Below are positions 29,359 through 38,055 of a stretch of 44,903 nucleotides of DNA, one piece after another. The notes beneath the pieces were generated by a model. The model was not told the DNA's origin. It searched no databases and saw nothing but the letters and a program-made list of their open reading frames with translations. The stretch is from a virus. Lineage: Duplodnaviria > Heunggongvirae > Uroviricota > Caudoviricetes. How positions within the stretch are numbered: position 1 is the stretch's first letter; every line of letters begins with the position of its first letter. The DNA is taken from IMG/VR virus record IMGVR_UViG_2718217885_000015. One strand, 5' to 3'. A program made the translations under genes and the position numbers.

Positions 29359-30348
29359 TCAGGCCAGAACGCCAATTGCCAGCGCACGATCGATAAAACG
29401 AAATATCAGCTCCAGCTGGGAGCCATACTTCTCTTCAAATGCCACGGTATCCGCATGCAGCTCGTCGTGATGCTTTCTGCACAAAGGCAACACAAAAAGG
29501 TCATGCGCTTTTGTTCCCATTCCACCCTGACCGTGACCTATCAGGTGGTGGGGATCATCAGCAGGCTTTCCACAACATGCACACGGCTGTGTCTTAACCC
29601 AGCGCGTGTACTTTTCATTAACCCAGCGGCGACGTTTGGGGCGTAACATAAAAGACTCCGGCGACTCCGGATCCACTTTCAGCGCCAGCACCTTTTTCGC
29701 TTTATCCTGGATGATGCTGGTGGCAGGAACCGAAGGCACAAGGTCACACTCCCGGGTGACAGACGGCACAACAGGCGTCGGTAATCTCAGTGCCTTACGG
29801 GCTGCACTTTCCGGTAAGGCATCCGCCAGGTCATTACGAGCCAGCCACCAGCACAGTTCCGGCATTGTCACAACGTGACTATCATCAAAACCGAGATCCC
29901 GACGCACGACAGATAACACCCACCGGGCACAGTTATCCGTTGCCATTGATTCCAGCCGTTCCGTGAACTGATCGCGCAGCTGGTTATCGCAGTGCCAGCA
30001 CAGACGGATTGCGCCCGGAGCGTGTCGCATTGTGGTCATATTCTCGCTGTGCCAGTCGGAATGAGGCCACTGGCAGCCTTTTTCACGAAGTAACCAGCTT
30101 TCAAGACATTCCACGCCACCAGCACGACGGATTACCGCCTCATTGCGGAACATAGCCCGAACGGCAGGATCATCCGCCAGCGGTTGTGATGCCGCCGGAA
30201 CGGCACCACTGGCAAAAGATGAATAACGTTCCGGCTCAGGCTCCAGCAGGACACGCCCCTGCATAAACAGGGGCATCAGCTCTGAACCGGGTCTGAACAA
30301 TACGATCCCCATACGTGGGGCAATTTCAGGGGTCAGTAGTGCTCTCAA
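29359..30348 (-). CDS. DUF968-like phage protein with C-terminal HNH-like zinc-binding motif
   Basis: 329 aa; C-terminal CACCGK...HHLIGHG...CRKHHDELH motif; family name recalled (YdfU-like), not searched. Confidence 0.6.
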   Translation of the reverse strand: MRALLTPEIAPRMGIVLFRPGSELMPLFMQGRVLLEPEPERYSSFASGAVPAASQPLADDPAVRAMFRNEAVIRRAGGVECLESWLLREKGCQWPHSDWHSENMTTMRHAPGAIRLCWHCDNQLRDQFTERLESMATDNCARWVLSVVRRDLGFDDSHVVTMPELCWWLARNDLADALPESAARKALRLPTPVVPSVTRECDLVPSVPATSIIQDKAKKVLALKVDPESPESFMLRPKRRRWVNEKYTRWVKTQPCACCGKPADDPHHLIGHGQGGMGTKAHDLFVLPLCRKHHDELHADTVAFEEKYGSQLELIFRFIDRALAIGVLA

Positions 30349-30357
30349 CGTAGAACC

Positions 30358-30873
30358 TCACAGCACAATCTGTTTCAGTTTCTGTACCGCTTTCCCCATA
30401 TCCGCCATAGCATCAACAAACTCATCAAATTTACGACTTGCCATTCCATACGCCTGGAGGATTTCCAGTTTCAGAGGATCCAGTTGCTTTTTAATTTCCG
30501 CACGATCATTAAATTTCTTCTCTGCTTCTTCCGCAGCCCTGATCAGCTCCTCAGCATGCCTGCGTAATTCATCCGGAGTAACGGTCTTTTTAATCACAAC
30601 GGGTTCCTCTGTTTTTACTGGTATTTCACTATTTACTGCCTGATGTCCAAATTTAGGATGATGTAACGTTGTAGTTCTTCCATCATTCGCAACGACCAGA
30701 AGTCCACTGTCGCGGATAATGCCAATGAGTATCTCCTTATCCCTTTTATTCAGCAGACTGTACGCCTGCACTTTCTGTGATATCTGGGTCAGTGTTGCGC
30801 CTTCCGGCATTCGTTCAACAAAACGTTTAACCCTGGATAAAACTGGCTGCAGATGGGGTGGTGTAATTCTCAT
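30358..30873 (-). CDS. Hypothetical phage protein (helical, coiled-coil C-terminus)
   Basis: 171-aa ORF in the nin-like region; no recognised domain. Confidence 0.5.
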   Translation of the reverse strand: MRITPPHLQPVLSRVKRFVERMPEGATLTQISQKVQAYSLLNKRDKEILIGIIRDSGLLVVANDGRTTTLHHPKFGHQAVNSEIPVKTEEPVVIKKTVTPDELRRHAEELIRAAEEAEKKFNDRAEIKKQLDPLKLEILQAYGMASRKFDEFVDAMADMGKAVQKLKQIVL

Positions 30874-30888
30874 GCTCCACGCCTCCCA

Positions 30889-31800
30889 TCAGTGAACGGT
30901 ATCGAGCAGCTTTAACAGCTCAGGGAATCGGGATTCGAAGAAATGCGGCTGCGTCTCGCGCGGATTTGCAGGACTGGTGATGTTCTTGCCGAACATGCAG
31001 CCTTTCGCCGTCAGCGACCAGAATTTTTTGATGTTGTTAATCGCGGTACGGCTGTATCGTTCGCGTTGTTCAACGATCCCCAGCTTCGCCATCTGGTGAT
31101 ATGCCTGATTAGCCGTCAGGCGGATACCATACTGCTTCAGCAGTGCACTCAGCGACAGCGTAGGGCGGCTTGAACCATCTGGCGCATCAGCAGGTGCATC
31201 AATGGCATAGATCGGCATAAGTTCAGGAAGACCTGCTACCTTTGATAATTTCTGGTATGCACCAAGTTTCGAGGAGTTTGACAGATTTAGAGTCTTTGCT
31301 GCTGATTCAAGCAGAATGACCCCGGATTTAATTTTGTCGGATGTGGTTTCTTCTGGTGATGAATTATGAAGCGCATCAAAAGTACGTATCACTTTTAAGC
31401 TGAATGCCGGGCTGATCCACATTGCATATGCATAGACCAGCTCTTTACAGACATACGTCCCACCATTGCGCCCCTGAATGGTGATGACAGGAATACTACG
31501 GGAATCTCCCGTAGTTTCTTCTTCCAGTAATTCCACAAGAGCCTTCGTTTCAGGACGACGCATAAACTCGTGAACTTCCAGCGAACGGGAGGAGCGATTC
31601 TCACCAGCGGCAAGAAGAGCAGCTTTCTGAAGGTCGTTAAGACAGTAGTTAGATTCAAAGTACTGGCGCACAGAAACGCCATCAATTACAAGCAACTGAT
31701 TCATTGGTTTCTCCACAAATTTCGGGACTGCACTCCCTTTTCGTTGATGCAAGATGAACTTACTGCGATTTTTAATAGTTATCAAGGATACACTGTTCAT
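30889..31800 (-). CDS. KilA-N domain protein (antirepressor-like)
   Basis: 303 aa; N-terminal segment LLVIDGVSVRQYFESNYCLNDL...GTYVCKELVYAYAMWISPAF fits the KilA-N pattern. Confidence 0.65.
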   Translation of the reverse strand: MNSVSLITIKNRSKFILHQRKGSAVPKFVEKPMNQLLVIDGVSVRQYFESNYCLNDLQKAALLAAGENRSSRSLEVHEFMRRPETKALVELLEEETTGDSRSIPVITIQGRNGGTYVCKELVYAYAMWISPAFSLKVIRTFDALHNSSPEETTSDKIKSGVILLESAAKTLNLSNSSKLGAYQKLSKVAGLPELMPIYAIDAPADAPDGSSRPTLSLSALLKQYGIRLTANQAYHQMAKLGIVEQRERYSRTAINNIKKFWSLTAKGCMFGKNITSPANPRETQPHFFESRFPELLKLLDTVH

Positions 31801-31855
31801 AAATACAGTATCTTTAACGAGGTAATACCCAAATTTAGGGTGTTGCTCAATTCCG

Positions 31856-32251
31856 TTACCGAGTTGCTAATTTGCAACTCGCTTTTTCGTACTTACTGAT
31901 AGTGATCTCGACCTTACCTTCCGGGATAACCGGTCCCCACTCCACCAGCATTCTTTTCACCTGACTGTCGTCTTCCCACACCCCCGCGTGGGTCAGGGCG
32001 TCAAACAGCGCCTTGTTATAGTTGTCCAGATCGCGGATCCGGTTATCCGGAGGAAACAACACGATCTCCACTGAAGCAGGTGCCGACGTTGGTTTCGGCA
32101 GACGACGTAACTGCTCAACTATTGCTGCGCACGCCGCGCTCTGGAATTTTCGCCCCGCCGCGCTTATCAGGCTCTTACCAGCAAACGCCCCTTTGTTGGG
32201 GTGTCGCCAGTACGTGTTCACGCTGGGCGGGAAAGGCAGGATCAGCTTCAT
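31856..32251 (-). CDS. rusA: Holliday junction resolvase RusA
   Basis: 131 aa; conserved RDLDNYNKALFDALTHAGVWEDDSQV motif as in RusA. Confidence 0.85.
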   Translation of the reverse strand: MKLILPFPPSVNTYWRHPNKGAFAGKSLISAAGRKFQSAACAAIVEQLRRLPKPTSAPASVEIVLFPPDNRIRDLDNYNKALFDALTHAGVWEDDSQVKRMLVEWGPVIPEGKVEITISKYEKASCKLATR

Positions 32252-32574
32252 ACTTTCAGGCCTCTCTCATGTAACCAGTGAGTTGCACGCAGCCTTGCGT
32301 TTTCCTCACCGGCAAGCAGTGAGCGGATAATCCCGACCGCCTCGCTGTCGTCGTCCTTCATCGCAGTATGAAGCGTTATCCCCCGGGCCACACCACGCTT
32401 TATCGTGATGACGCCTTTTTTCTCCAGTGCGCGAAGATGCTCCACCGCTGCATTCACTGAACGGTATCCCAGCATGGTTGCCACCTCCTGATTGGTTGGC
32501 GGGAAGCCACGTTCTTGCTGGTAAGAAATCAGCATATCCAGCACCTGCTGCTGACATTGAGTTAACGTCGTCAT
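32248..32574 (-). CDS. LexA-like N-terminal winged-helix DNA-binding protein
   Basis: LTQCQQQVLDMLISYQQERGFPPTNQEVATMLGYRSVNAAVEHLRALEKKGVI resembles the LexA DNA-binding domain; no S24 peptidase domain; start ATG overlaps the stop of the upstream gene. Confidence 0.6.
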   Translation of the reverse strand: MTTLTQCQQQVLDMLISYQQERGFPPTNQEVATMLGYRSVNAAVEHLRALEKKGVITIKRGVARGITLHTAMKDDDSEAVGIIRSLLAGEENARLRATHWLHERGLKV

Positions 32575-33068
32575 TAAGCCCCCACGTAATTCCCTGACAG
32601 ATACCATTCATCACCCGATACAGCGCGCTTGCTGCTTTTCCGTAAGCACCGCTCACGACGCGCCAGAAAATTGTTTCGTTCTGGCTGGGAGTGGCTTTCA
32701 CGGAATGCCTCCATCCACACCGTTGCAGCTCGACGGAATAAGCCCCTGGACTCCAGTTCTTCAGCCTGGCGGGTCAGGCACAAAATCACCCGGGGGTCGT
32801 TAGTGCCGACATAGAAATTGCGCACAGGTCTGGTTTCACGAACAGATTGTGGTTCCGGCTCCTGCGCTCTCTCAGTCAGGCGCGGGAAATGTCTGCGTGT
32901 ATCTCCTTCACAACGGTGAGCCACACGCCCACTCTGACGTAACTTGCTTGCTGACTGCAGAACGCGCTGCCGTGAGTAACCAGCAAAAGCATCTGCAATG
33001 TCTCCGGAAGTACACCCCGGATGGGCTTCAATGAATTTCTGAACTTCATTCAAAAGACTCATAATCAC
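32574..33068 (-). CDS. PerC-family (Pch-like) transcriptional activator homologue with N-terminal extension
   Basis: 164 aa; motif LESRGLFRRAATVWMEAF matches the PerC/Pch signature (LE.KG.WRRAA..W) that I recall. Confidence 0.5.
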   Translation of the reverse strand: MIMSLLNEVQKFIEAHPGCTSGDIADAFAGYSRQRVLQSASKLRQSGRVAHRCEGDTRRHFPRLTERAQEPEPQSVRETRPVRNFYVGTNDPRVILCLTRQAEELESRGLFRRAATVWMEAFRESHSQPERNNFLARRERCLRKSSKRAVSGDEWYLSGNYVGA

Positions 33069-33883
33069 CCCCTGAATCCTGCCGGGATCTGGCTGTAGTC
33101 CACGTTGTCGTAACTGGCTTTGAAGTACGGGTCCTCGCGTCTGGCTGCAGATACTGCAGGAACTTCCCAGGATTCTTCGAAATGACGATCCGGACCAAAG
33201 AACGTGACAGCCTGTTTCACAAATTGTGTGCCGCTGTTACCCATCGCAGATACCCAGCCCGCGTAGCGTTTCACACCTTCCAGCATGGTTTCGGGGTTTA
33301 CCCCCTCATTCAAACGGGCTTTCCAGGCTTTGAAGGCTGCAGATTTTAAATTGCCACCAGCACGTTTGGGATAGGCCAGCCATGCCTGCTCAAACTCCGG
33401 AGAGTATTCCGGTCGGTTTGAACGAACTCGCACAGACTCATCAGCAGATGCACCAACAGCTATTGGTTCATTGACTGGTTCTTTGACTGGTTCAAAAGAG
33501 TGACTGGTTCTGGGTGAATCTCCTGCACTACCCCCTGGTGCAACTCCTGCACTACCTGGTGAATTTGCTGCACCAGATAGTGAATTATTTGCACTACCCC
33601 CTAGTGAATCTCCTGCACCATCAAGATGAAGGAGATAGATATTACTTGAGTTACCTTTTTCACCTTTCCGGGTGACTTTTTTTACCAGCCCGGACTCACA
33701 AAGGGCCGCAATATGATTCATCACAGAACGTTTGCTAATCTCGCACTGGTCAGCAATATGCTGGTAGCTGGGCCAGCACTCACCCTGATCGCTGGCATTA
33801 TCAGCCAGCTTGATCAGAACCAGTTTTCGCAATGGATTACCCACTCGAATTTTCATCGCTTTAACCATCAGCTCCATACTCAT
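33065..33883 (-). CDS. Putative replication initiation protein (O-like), N-terminal winged HTH plus Gly/Ser/Ala-rich linker
   Basis: 272 aa; HTH region (SYQHIADQCEISKRSVMNHIAALCESGLVKK), repeat-encoded linker, and a conserved C-terminus (YPKRAGGNLKSAAFKAWKARL) typical of prophage replication proteins. Confidence 0.55.
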   Translation of the reverse strand: MSMELMVKAMKIRVGNPLRKLVLIKLADNASDQGECWPSYQHIADQCEISKRSVMNHIAALCESGLVKKVTRKGEKGNSSNIYLLHLDGAGDSLGGSANNSLSGAANSPGSAGVAPGGSAGDSPRTSHSFEPVKEPVNEPIAVGASADESVRVRSNRPEYSPEFEQAWLAYPKRAGGNLKSAAFKAWKARLNEGVNPETMLEGVKRYAGWVSAMGNSGTQFVKQAVTFFGPDRHFEESWEVPAVSAARREDPYFKASYDNVDYSQIPAGFRG

Positions 33884-34104
33884 GCTGCACCTCCGAGATG
33901 CTTCATGTTTTTTCCGGAGCGAAAGGCTATAAGCGGCATACTGACGCGGTAATTACGGCCCAGCGGTTCACAAACCACCTTCTGACATTCACGGTCAACC
34001 AGGCTAACACGTAGAACATGCCCTGCAGGCGTGGTGTACCACTGACCCGGACGAGGACAACGGAAAGTCTGATTGGTAAAACGTTTGAAAATATTCCGGA
34101 TCAT
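33880..34104 (-). CDS. Hypothetical small protein
   Basis: 74-aa ORF, apparently coupled between Rha and the O-like gene. Confidence 0.4.
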   Translation of the reverse strand: MIRNIFKRFTNQTFRCPRPGQWYTTPAGHVLRVSLVDRECQKVVCEPLGRNYRVSMPLIAFRSGKNMKHLGGAA

Positions 34105-34646
34105 TTGCGCCCCCTTACCTCTGAAGAGTTCAGCGACGAATGAATAAGACGGGCAAGAAATGCCGCATCGTTAATTCGGTCATACAGACTTACAGCCAGC
34201 GGTGATTCAGCTTTTTCCAGCATGGGATAAAGCTGCTGCAACCAGACCTGATGAATTGATGAAATGTAGGAATAGAGTACGCTGGCGTTATGTGCAACGT
34301 CGCTCGGTACAGCGGGCTTTGAAAGCTGTTTCTCCATCTGGTTAAAGGCATTGATGTATGCCTCTTTGAACTGGGCAGCACGTTTACCCGTGAAACCCAT
34401 AGCAAGAAACGCAAAACCGTCGCGGGTTATTTGATAGCAAGGTAGTTTGCGGCCTGATGCGTCGATGTACTCACTGGGCTGAAAATTCAGCTCAATAAAT
34501 TCGGCAGAGCATTCAAGAGACGCAATTTTTTGAATGACGTTTTTGTGTTGTTTGCCAAAATAACTAGCAACAGCCAGAGAAGAAGTAACAACTTTGCCTG
34601 CAATAATGCAAAGTTCAGGTTGTACTAAGGCAGGGATCGTAGCCAT
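34101..34646 (-). CDS. rha: Rha-family phage regulatory protein
   Basis: Start at MATIPALVQPEL with a GGAGG ribosome-binding site 8 nt upstream; Rha signature region (GKVVTSSLAVASYFGKQHKNVIQKI...YQITRDGFAFLAMGFTGKRAAQFKEAYINAFNQME). Confidence 0.7.
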   Translation of the reverse strand: MATIPALVQPELCIIAGKVVTSSLAVASYFGKQHKNVIQKIASLECSAEFIELNFQPSEYIDASGRKLPCYQITRDGFAFLAMGFTGKRAAQFKEAYINAFNQMEKQLSKPAVPSDVAHNASVLYSYISSIHQVWLQQLYPMLEKAESPLAVSLYDRINDAAFLARLIHSSLNSSEVRGRK

Positions 34647-34649
34647 GAT

Positions 34650-35249
34650 GGCAGCCTCCGTATGCAATGGATAACTTCCACCACCGGAAACGCCAATTTC
34701 GCTGGTGGTGAACTGAGCAGGGTTGGCGTAACCGGCGCATACGGAAACCGGCGCACCTTTCGGTGCCCCCACCCAGCCCACCATAATTTGGGTATAGCTG
34801 AGTTGTAGCAACAAAAAAGACGCTAACGCGCCAATTGTCGCCGTATGCAATTCCAGGACGCCAATCCCGGCACCCGCTTTATAAGGTGCCTGAACAGTGT
34901 AACGTCCCGGAATGGCAGAATCAATGTGCTGGTGGTCCTTCACACTCAACAAAATCACGCCTGAATTTCCACAAAGGGCTAAAGCACTCATGCGGGTAGT
35001 CTTTGCGAAGATAGATAACGCGCTGTGTTTCTGGCTCCCAACGAATAACATGAACATAAAGTCCTCTTCCGTCACGAAACCAGCGGTTAAGTTCCTGCAC
35101 AACTCGCCACCCACAGTCAGGTAAAGTTCTCTGTGGTTACTTACAGCCAGGAGATTTGGTAATCTGCATTCATGCCGTAACAACAGGTGTTCAGCGACCC
35201 TGACCACCAGCTGTTGCGACAAACGGTTATTTGCCGTTAAACTGTTCAT
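34650..35249 (-). CDS. Uncertain: upstream in-frame part of the 382-aa ORF (separate gene, N-terminal domain of a longer Rha protein, or non-coding)
   Basis: In-frame ORF continuing upstream of the Rha start; its ATG at 35249 overlaps the stop of the cII-like gene, which suggests coupling, but the sequence has no recognisable domain. Confidence 0.25.
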
Positions 35250-35809
35250 GCGTTAGTTTCTCCACAGACACAAAACGCCACGACGCCCGGAGCTGCACAC
35301 TCGCGGGCGTCACTCTTTTCTGGAGCGCAAAAGATTTTGTAGACCAGTGCTGCATGCTCCTGGAGCTTCGAAATTGACAGATACAACTCATCATTAATTG
35401 CTGTCTGCTCGTGTGGCTCCACTACCCCATCTTCGATTGCCGAACGAATCTGCTTTGAGTAACTCCCGATCTGTTCGATGACTTCCAGCAGGCGCTGGTT
35501 TATATCGGCGTTCTCTACTTCCTCAATTTCAGGAAGCGATACAAACACCCCACCAGCAGACTGTGCGACAGCATCCGCAATGTAGTGAGTGCCAGCCGCG
35601 CGCTGTAAAATCATTGCCCATCCCAGCGGGAAAATCTGATCGCCATCTGCACGAAGGCGGTTGAATAAAGCGTTCTCTGTTACATCCAGCCACTCAGCAG
35701 CTTCAGCGTAACCCCCCGGCAACGCCGCGATAGTTTTTCTGACAGCTTTCACGTACCACTCAGGCTGTTTTTCTACTTTCCAGTGATGCTTACCCACGGT
35801 TAGCCTCAT
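35246..35809 (-). CDS. CII-like / YdaT-like regulatory protein (second gene of the early-right operon)
   Basis: 187-aa ORF immediately downstream of cro; assignment by position and weak resemblance only. Confidence 0.45.
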   Translation of the reverse strand: MRLTVGKHHWKVEKQPEWYVKAVRKTIAALPGGYAEAAEWLDVTENALFNRLRADGDQIFPLGWAMILQRAAGTHYIADAVAQSAGGVFVSLPEIEEVENADINQRLLEVIEQIGSYSKQIRSAIEDGVVEPHEQTAINDELYLSISKLQEHAALVYKIFCAPEKSDARECAAPGVVAFCVCGETNA

Positions 35810-35840
35810 CGTTCTGTGGTTAAAAATTAAAGGTGTTCTG

Positions 35841-36041
35841 TTAATCTTTCGGATAGATATCCGGTCTTAAGTCAGATTTCGTAATTGCACCTGACGTGCA
35901 TTGCTCAAGTTTTTTAGCCAGCACAAAACTGGCTTTTTTATAACCATTGAAAACCAGCCGTAAGTAGCCTGGTGTTGAGCCAACTTTTCCGGCCAACTCG
36001 CCCTGCTGTTCTTTGGTTAAAGAGTCCCAATACGCTTTCAT
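35841..36041 (-). CDS. cro: Cro-like repressor (HTH)
   Basis: 66 aa from MKAYWDSL, with an AAGAGG ribosome-binding site; divergent from cI across the operator region. Confidence 0.7.
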   Translation of the reverse strand: MKAYWDSLTKEQQGELAGKVGSTPGYLRLVFNGYKKASFVLAKKLEQCTSGAITKSDLRPDIYPKD

Positions 36042-36044
36042 ACA

Positions 36045-36067
36045 ATATGTACCTCTTATATACATAT
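36045..36067. promoter_or_regulatory. Operator-like palindrome ATATGTA-N9-TACATAT (OR)
   Basis: Perfect 7-bp inverted repeat with a 9-bp spacer in the cI-cro intergenic region. Confidence 0.5.
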
Positions 36068-36096
36068 TACATGATTAAAATGAACCTTCAAGATAC

Positions 36097-36115
36097 TTGT
36101 ACCCTATCGGTACAA
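36097..36115. promoter_or_regulatory. Operator-like palindrome TTGTACC-N5-GGTACAA (OR)
   Basis: Perfect 7-bp inverted repeat 17 bp upstream of the cI start. Confidence 0.5.
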
Positions 36116-36131
36116 AGGTTTTAATTTCGTT

Positions 36132-36806
36132 ATGAAAACAGTCCATGACATCCGGCGGTCTAACGCCAGAAAACTGAGAGATGGTGTTGGCGGGAATTCT
36201 TCCTTTGCCACCATGATTGATCGCGAACCAACCCAGACCAGCAGGTTTATGGGAGATGGTGCTACTAAAAATATCGGTGACAGCATGGCACGGCACATCG
36301 AAAAATGTTTCGACCTGCCTGTCGGATGGCTTGATCAAGAACACCAGACAACGAACATCACAAAAAAACCTGATGTTTCAATCACTAATAAACAAATAAC
36401 GCTAGTCCCTGTCATATCATGGGTACAGGCCGGAGCATGGAAAGAAGTTGGCTATTCTGAGGTTGATTTGAGCACAACAGAAACATATCCCTGCCCTGTA
36501 CCCTGTGGCGAAATGACTTATATATTGAGGGTGATTGGTGATTCAATGATTGATGAGTACCGTCCGGGGGACATGATTTTTGTCGATCCAGAAGTACCAG
36601 CCTGCCACGGCGATGACGTTATTGCATTGATGCACGATACAGGTGAAACCACCTTCAAAAGGTTGATAGAAGACGGGACACAGCGTTATCTCAAAGCATT
36701 AAACCCCAACTGGCCTGAGCCTTACATTAAGATAAACGGTAATTGCTCTATCATTGGTACAGTTATTTTCTCAGGAAAACCAAGAAGATACAAAATTAAA
36801 GCCTGA
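36132..36806 (+). CDS. cI: CI-type prophage repressor (N-terminal HTH, C-terminal S24 LexA-like autopeptidase)
   Basis: 224 aa; Ala-Gly cleavage site (VQAGAW), catalytic Ser (GDSM) and Lys (FKRL) of the S24 domain. Confidence 0.85.
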   Translation: MKTVHDIRRSNARKLRDGVGGNSSFATMIDREPTQTSRFMGDGATKNIGDSMARHIEKCFDLPVGWLDQEHQTTNITKKPDVSITNKQITLVPVISWVQAGAWKEVGYSEVDLSTTETYPCPVPCGEMTYILRVIGDSMIDEYRPGDMIFVDPEVPACHGDDVIALMHDTGETTFKRLIEDGTQRYLKALNPNWPEPYIKINGNCSIIGTVIFSGKPRRYKIKA

Positions 36807-36818
36807 TCAATGTCTATG

Positions 36819-36841
36819 AACCTGCTTCGGCAGGTTTTTTT
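36819..36841 (+). terminator. Rho-independent terminator after cI
   Basis: Stem AACCTGC/GCAGGTT with TTCG loop, followed by a T8 run. Confidence 0.7.
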
Positions 36842-36845
36842 ATAC

Positions 36846-36878
36846 TTGACAATGTACCATTAAGATACATAATGTACC
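36846..36878 (+). promoter_or_regulatory. Candidate early-left promoter (PL-like) overlapped by an operator-like repeat
   Basis: -35 TTGACA (36846-36851), 17-bp spacer, -10 ATAATG (36869-36874); spacer contains ATGTA-N9-TACAT and direct AATGTACC repeats related to the OR half-sites. Confidence 0.5.
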
Positions 36879-37001
36879 TGCATAAGATATCGAACAGGCA
36901 GGACGCCCACGAAGTAGCCGTCCGGGGCATACGAAGACCGGAATGATTCGTAAATAAAAAAGCGCCCAAGTGGACGCTTCACTTTTGAACTGGATTTATA
37001 A

Positions 37002-37244
37002 TCAATTATTTTCTTCATAAATGTTTTGTAATGTATTTATGAGATTTGGTATTTCTTTTATGGGAAAAGAATATATTGGACTTTCGATAATTTTATCAGA
37101 TTCAAATGGTGGTTGTTTGCAGGACAGTTGAACTATAACTGAATTATGATCTTTAACTGGCACACAGTACCAACCACATACATCAAAAACAGGAGTATTT
37201 TGATTATCCATTATGTCCTCGACAACTAAAAACACTGCGTACAA
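37002..37244 (-). CDS. Hypothetical protein (AT-rich moron antisense to the early-left transcript)
   Basis: 80-aa ORF in an AT-rich segment, followed on the minus strand by a hairpin plus U-run (about 36957-36990). Confidence 0.35.
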   Translation of the reverse strand: MYAVFLVVEDIMDNQNTPVFDVCGWYCVPVKDHNSVIVQLSCKQPPFESDKIIESPIYSFPIKEIPNLINTLQNIYEENN

Positions 37245-37872
37245 ACCTCAAAAGCAGGGAGTTATTTATAAAATTTCATAAAGAATAATTACTGATAGCG
37301 ACAATTCATTGTTCTTGAATTTTGAAAAATAGCAAGACAAAACAATGTAAACTTATTTAAGAAAACTTCTTATTATGTAAACAAAACAACCAATTCGTTA
37401 TATAGGAAAAACAAATAGTACGCAAGAAAATATTCAACAGGGGTATTACATTCAACCATAAGAGTAATCGTCTCTTTGGTAACTAATACCGAACATTTTA
37501 TTGTAACACGTCGTATGGCACATGCGTCGTTAGCGGTCTGGGGACGTTAAAGGGGACAATCCACTCCTTGCTCGGGCAAACAAACCAGGTAGCCGGAATG
37601 TGCAAGTCAATGATGATGCTGATAAGACGCCTAACCAGCGTGGCGATCCGGTTTGACGCCTGGGAAGAGACCAGGGTGCAACGATGAGGGCATTTATGGA
37701 GCCGCGACAAAGTGTGGTGCCGTAACTGGCTAAGTGCTCTCAGCGTTGTGGTAATCCGCGAAATGGCGCGGCGGTAAGTATGGCGGGGTTACTCTTTCCC
37801 CGTTGAGGACACCGGATTGTCAGGTTGACCATACGCCTGAGTGACAACCCCACCACAACAGCCACTGCTTTG

Positions 37873-37918
37873 GCGGTACCAGTTTGTACACTTGCTTCCG
37901 GCTGGTACCGCTCTTTTT
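37873..37918 (+). promoter_or_regulatory. Hairpin plus CGCTCTTTTTA: terminator and/or boxA-like antitermination element
   Basis: Perfect 10-bp inverted repeat GCGGTACCAG/CTGGTACCGC with a 19-nt loop, followed by TCTTTTT; the run resembles the boxA consensus CGCTCTT(T)A. Confidence 0.45.
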
Positions 37919-38007
37919 ACAAAACAGAGAAGAGCATCACCGGACGACGGGCTCATAACCCAATCCATCCGGGCGGCTGCCACCGCAGGTGTTCTTCTCT
38001 GTTTTGT
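37919..38007 (+). ncRNA. Large hairpin (14-bp arms ACAAAACAGAGAAG/CTTCTCTGTTTTGT) directly upstream of the first early-left gene; candidate boxB/put-like RNA element
   Basis: Perfect 14-bp inverted repeat at 37919-37932 and 37994-38007 with a GC-rich 61-nt spacer; no convincing ORF in the surrounding 550-bp GC-rich region. Confidence 0.35.
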
Positions 38008-38055
38008 GGAGAAACCAACCGACCTTGCAGGGTCGATATGATGAGGAGCAGCAAA

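Noticed and set aside
37919-38007. Retron msr/msd interpretation of the long inverted repeat
   Set aside because: No reverse transcriptase gene is adjacent; the next gene is a YfdP-like protein.
37498-38041. Short ORFs of 64-70 aa on both strands in the GC-rich leader
   Set aside because: No ribosome-binding sites and compositionally odd, overlapping one another; the region is better explained as structured non-coding RNA or leader.
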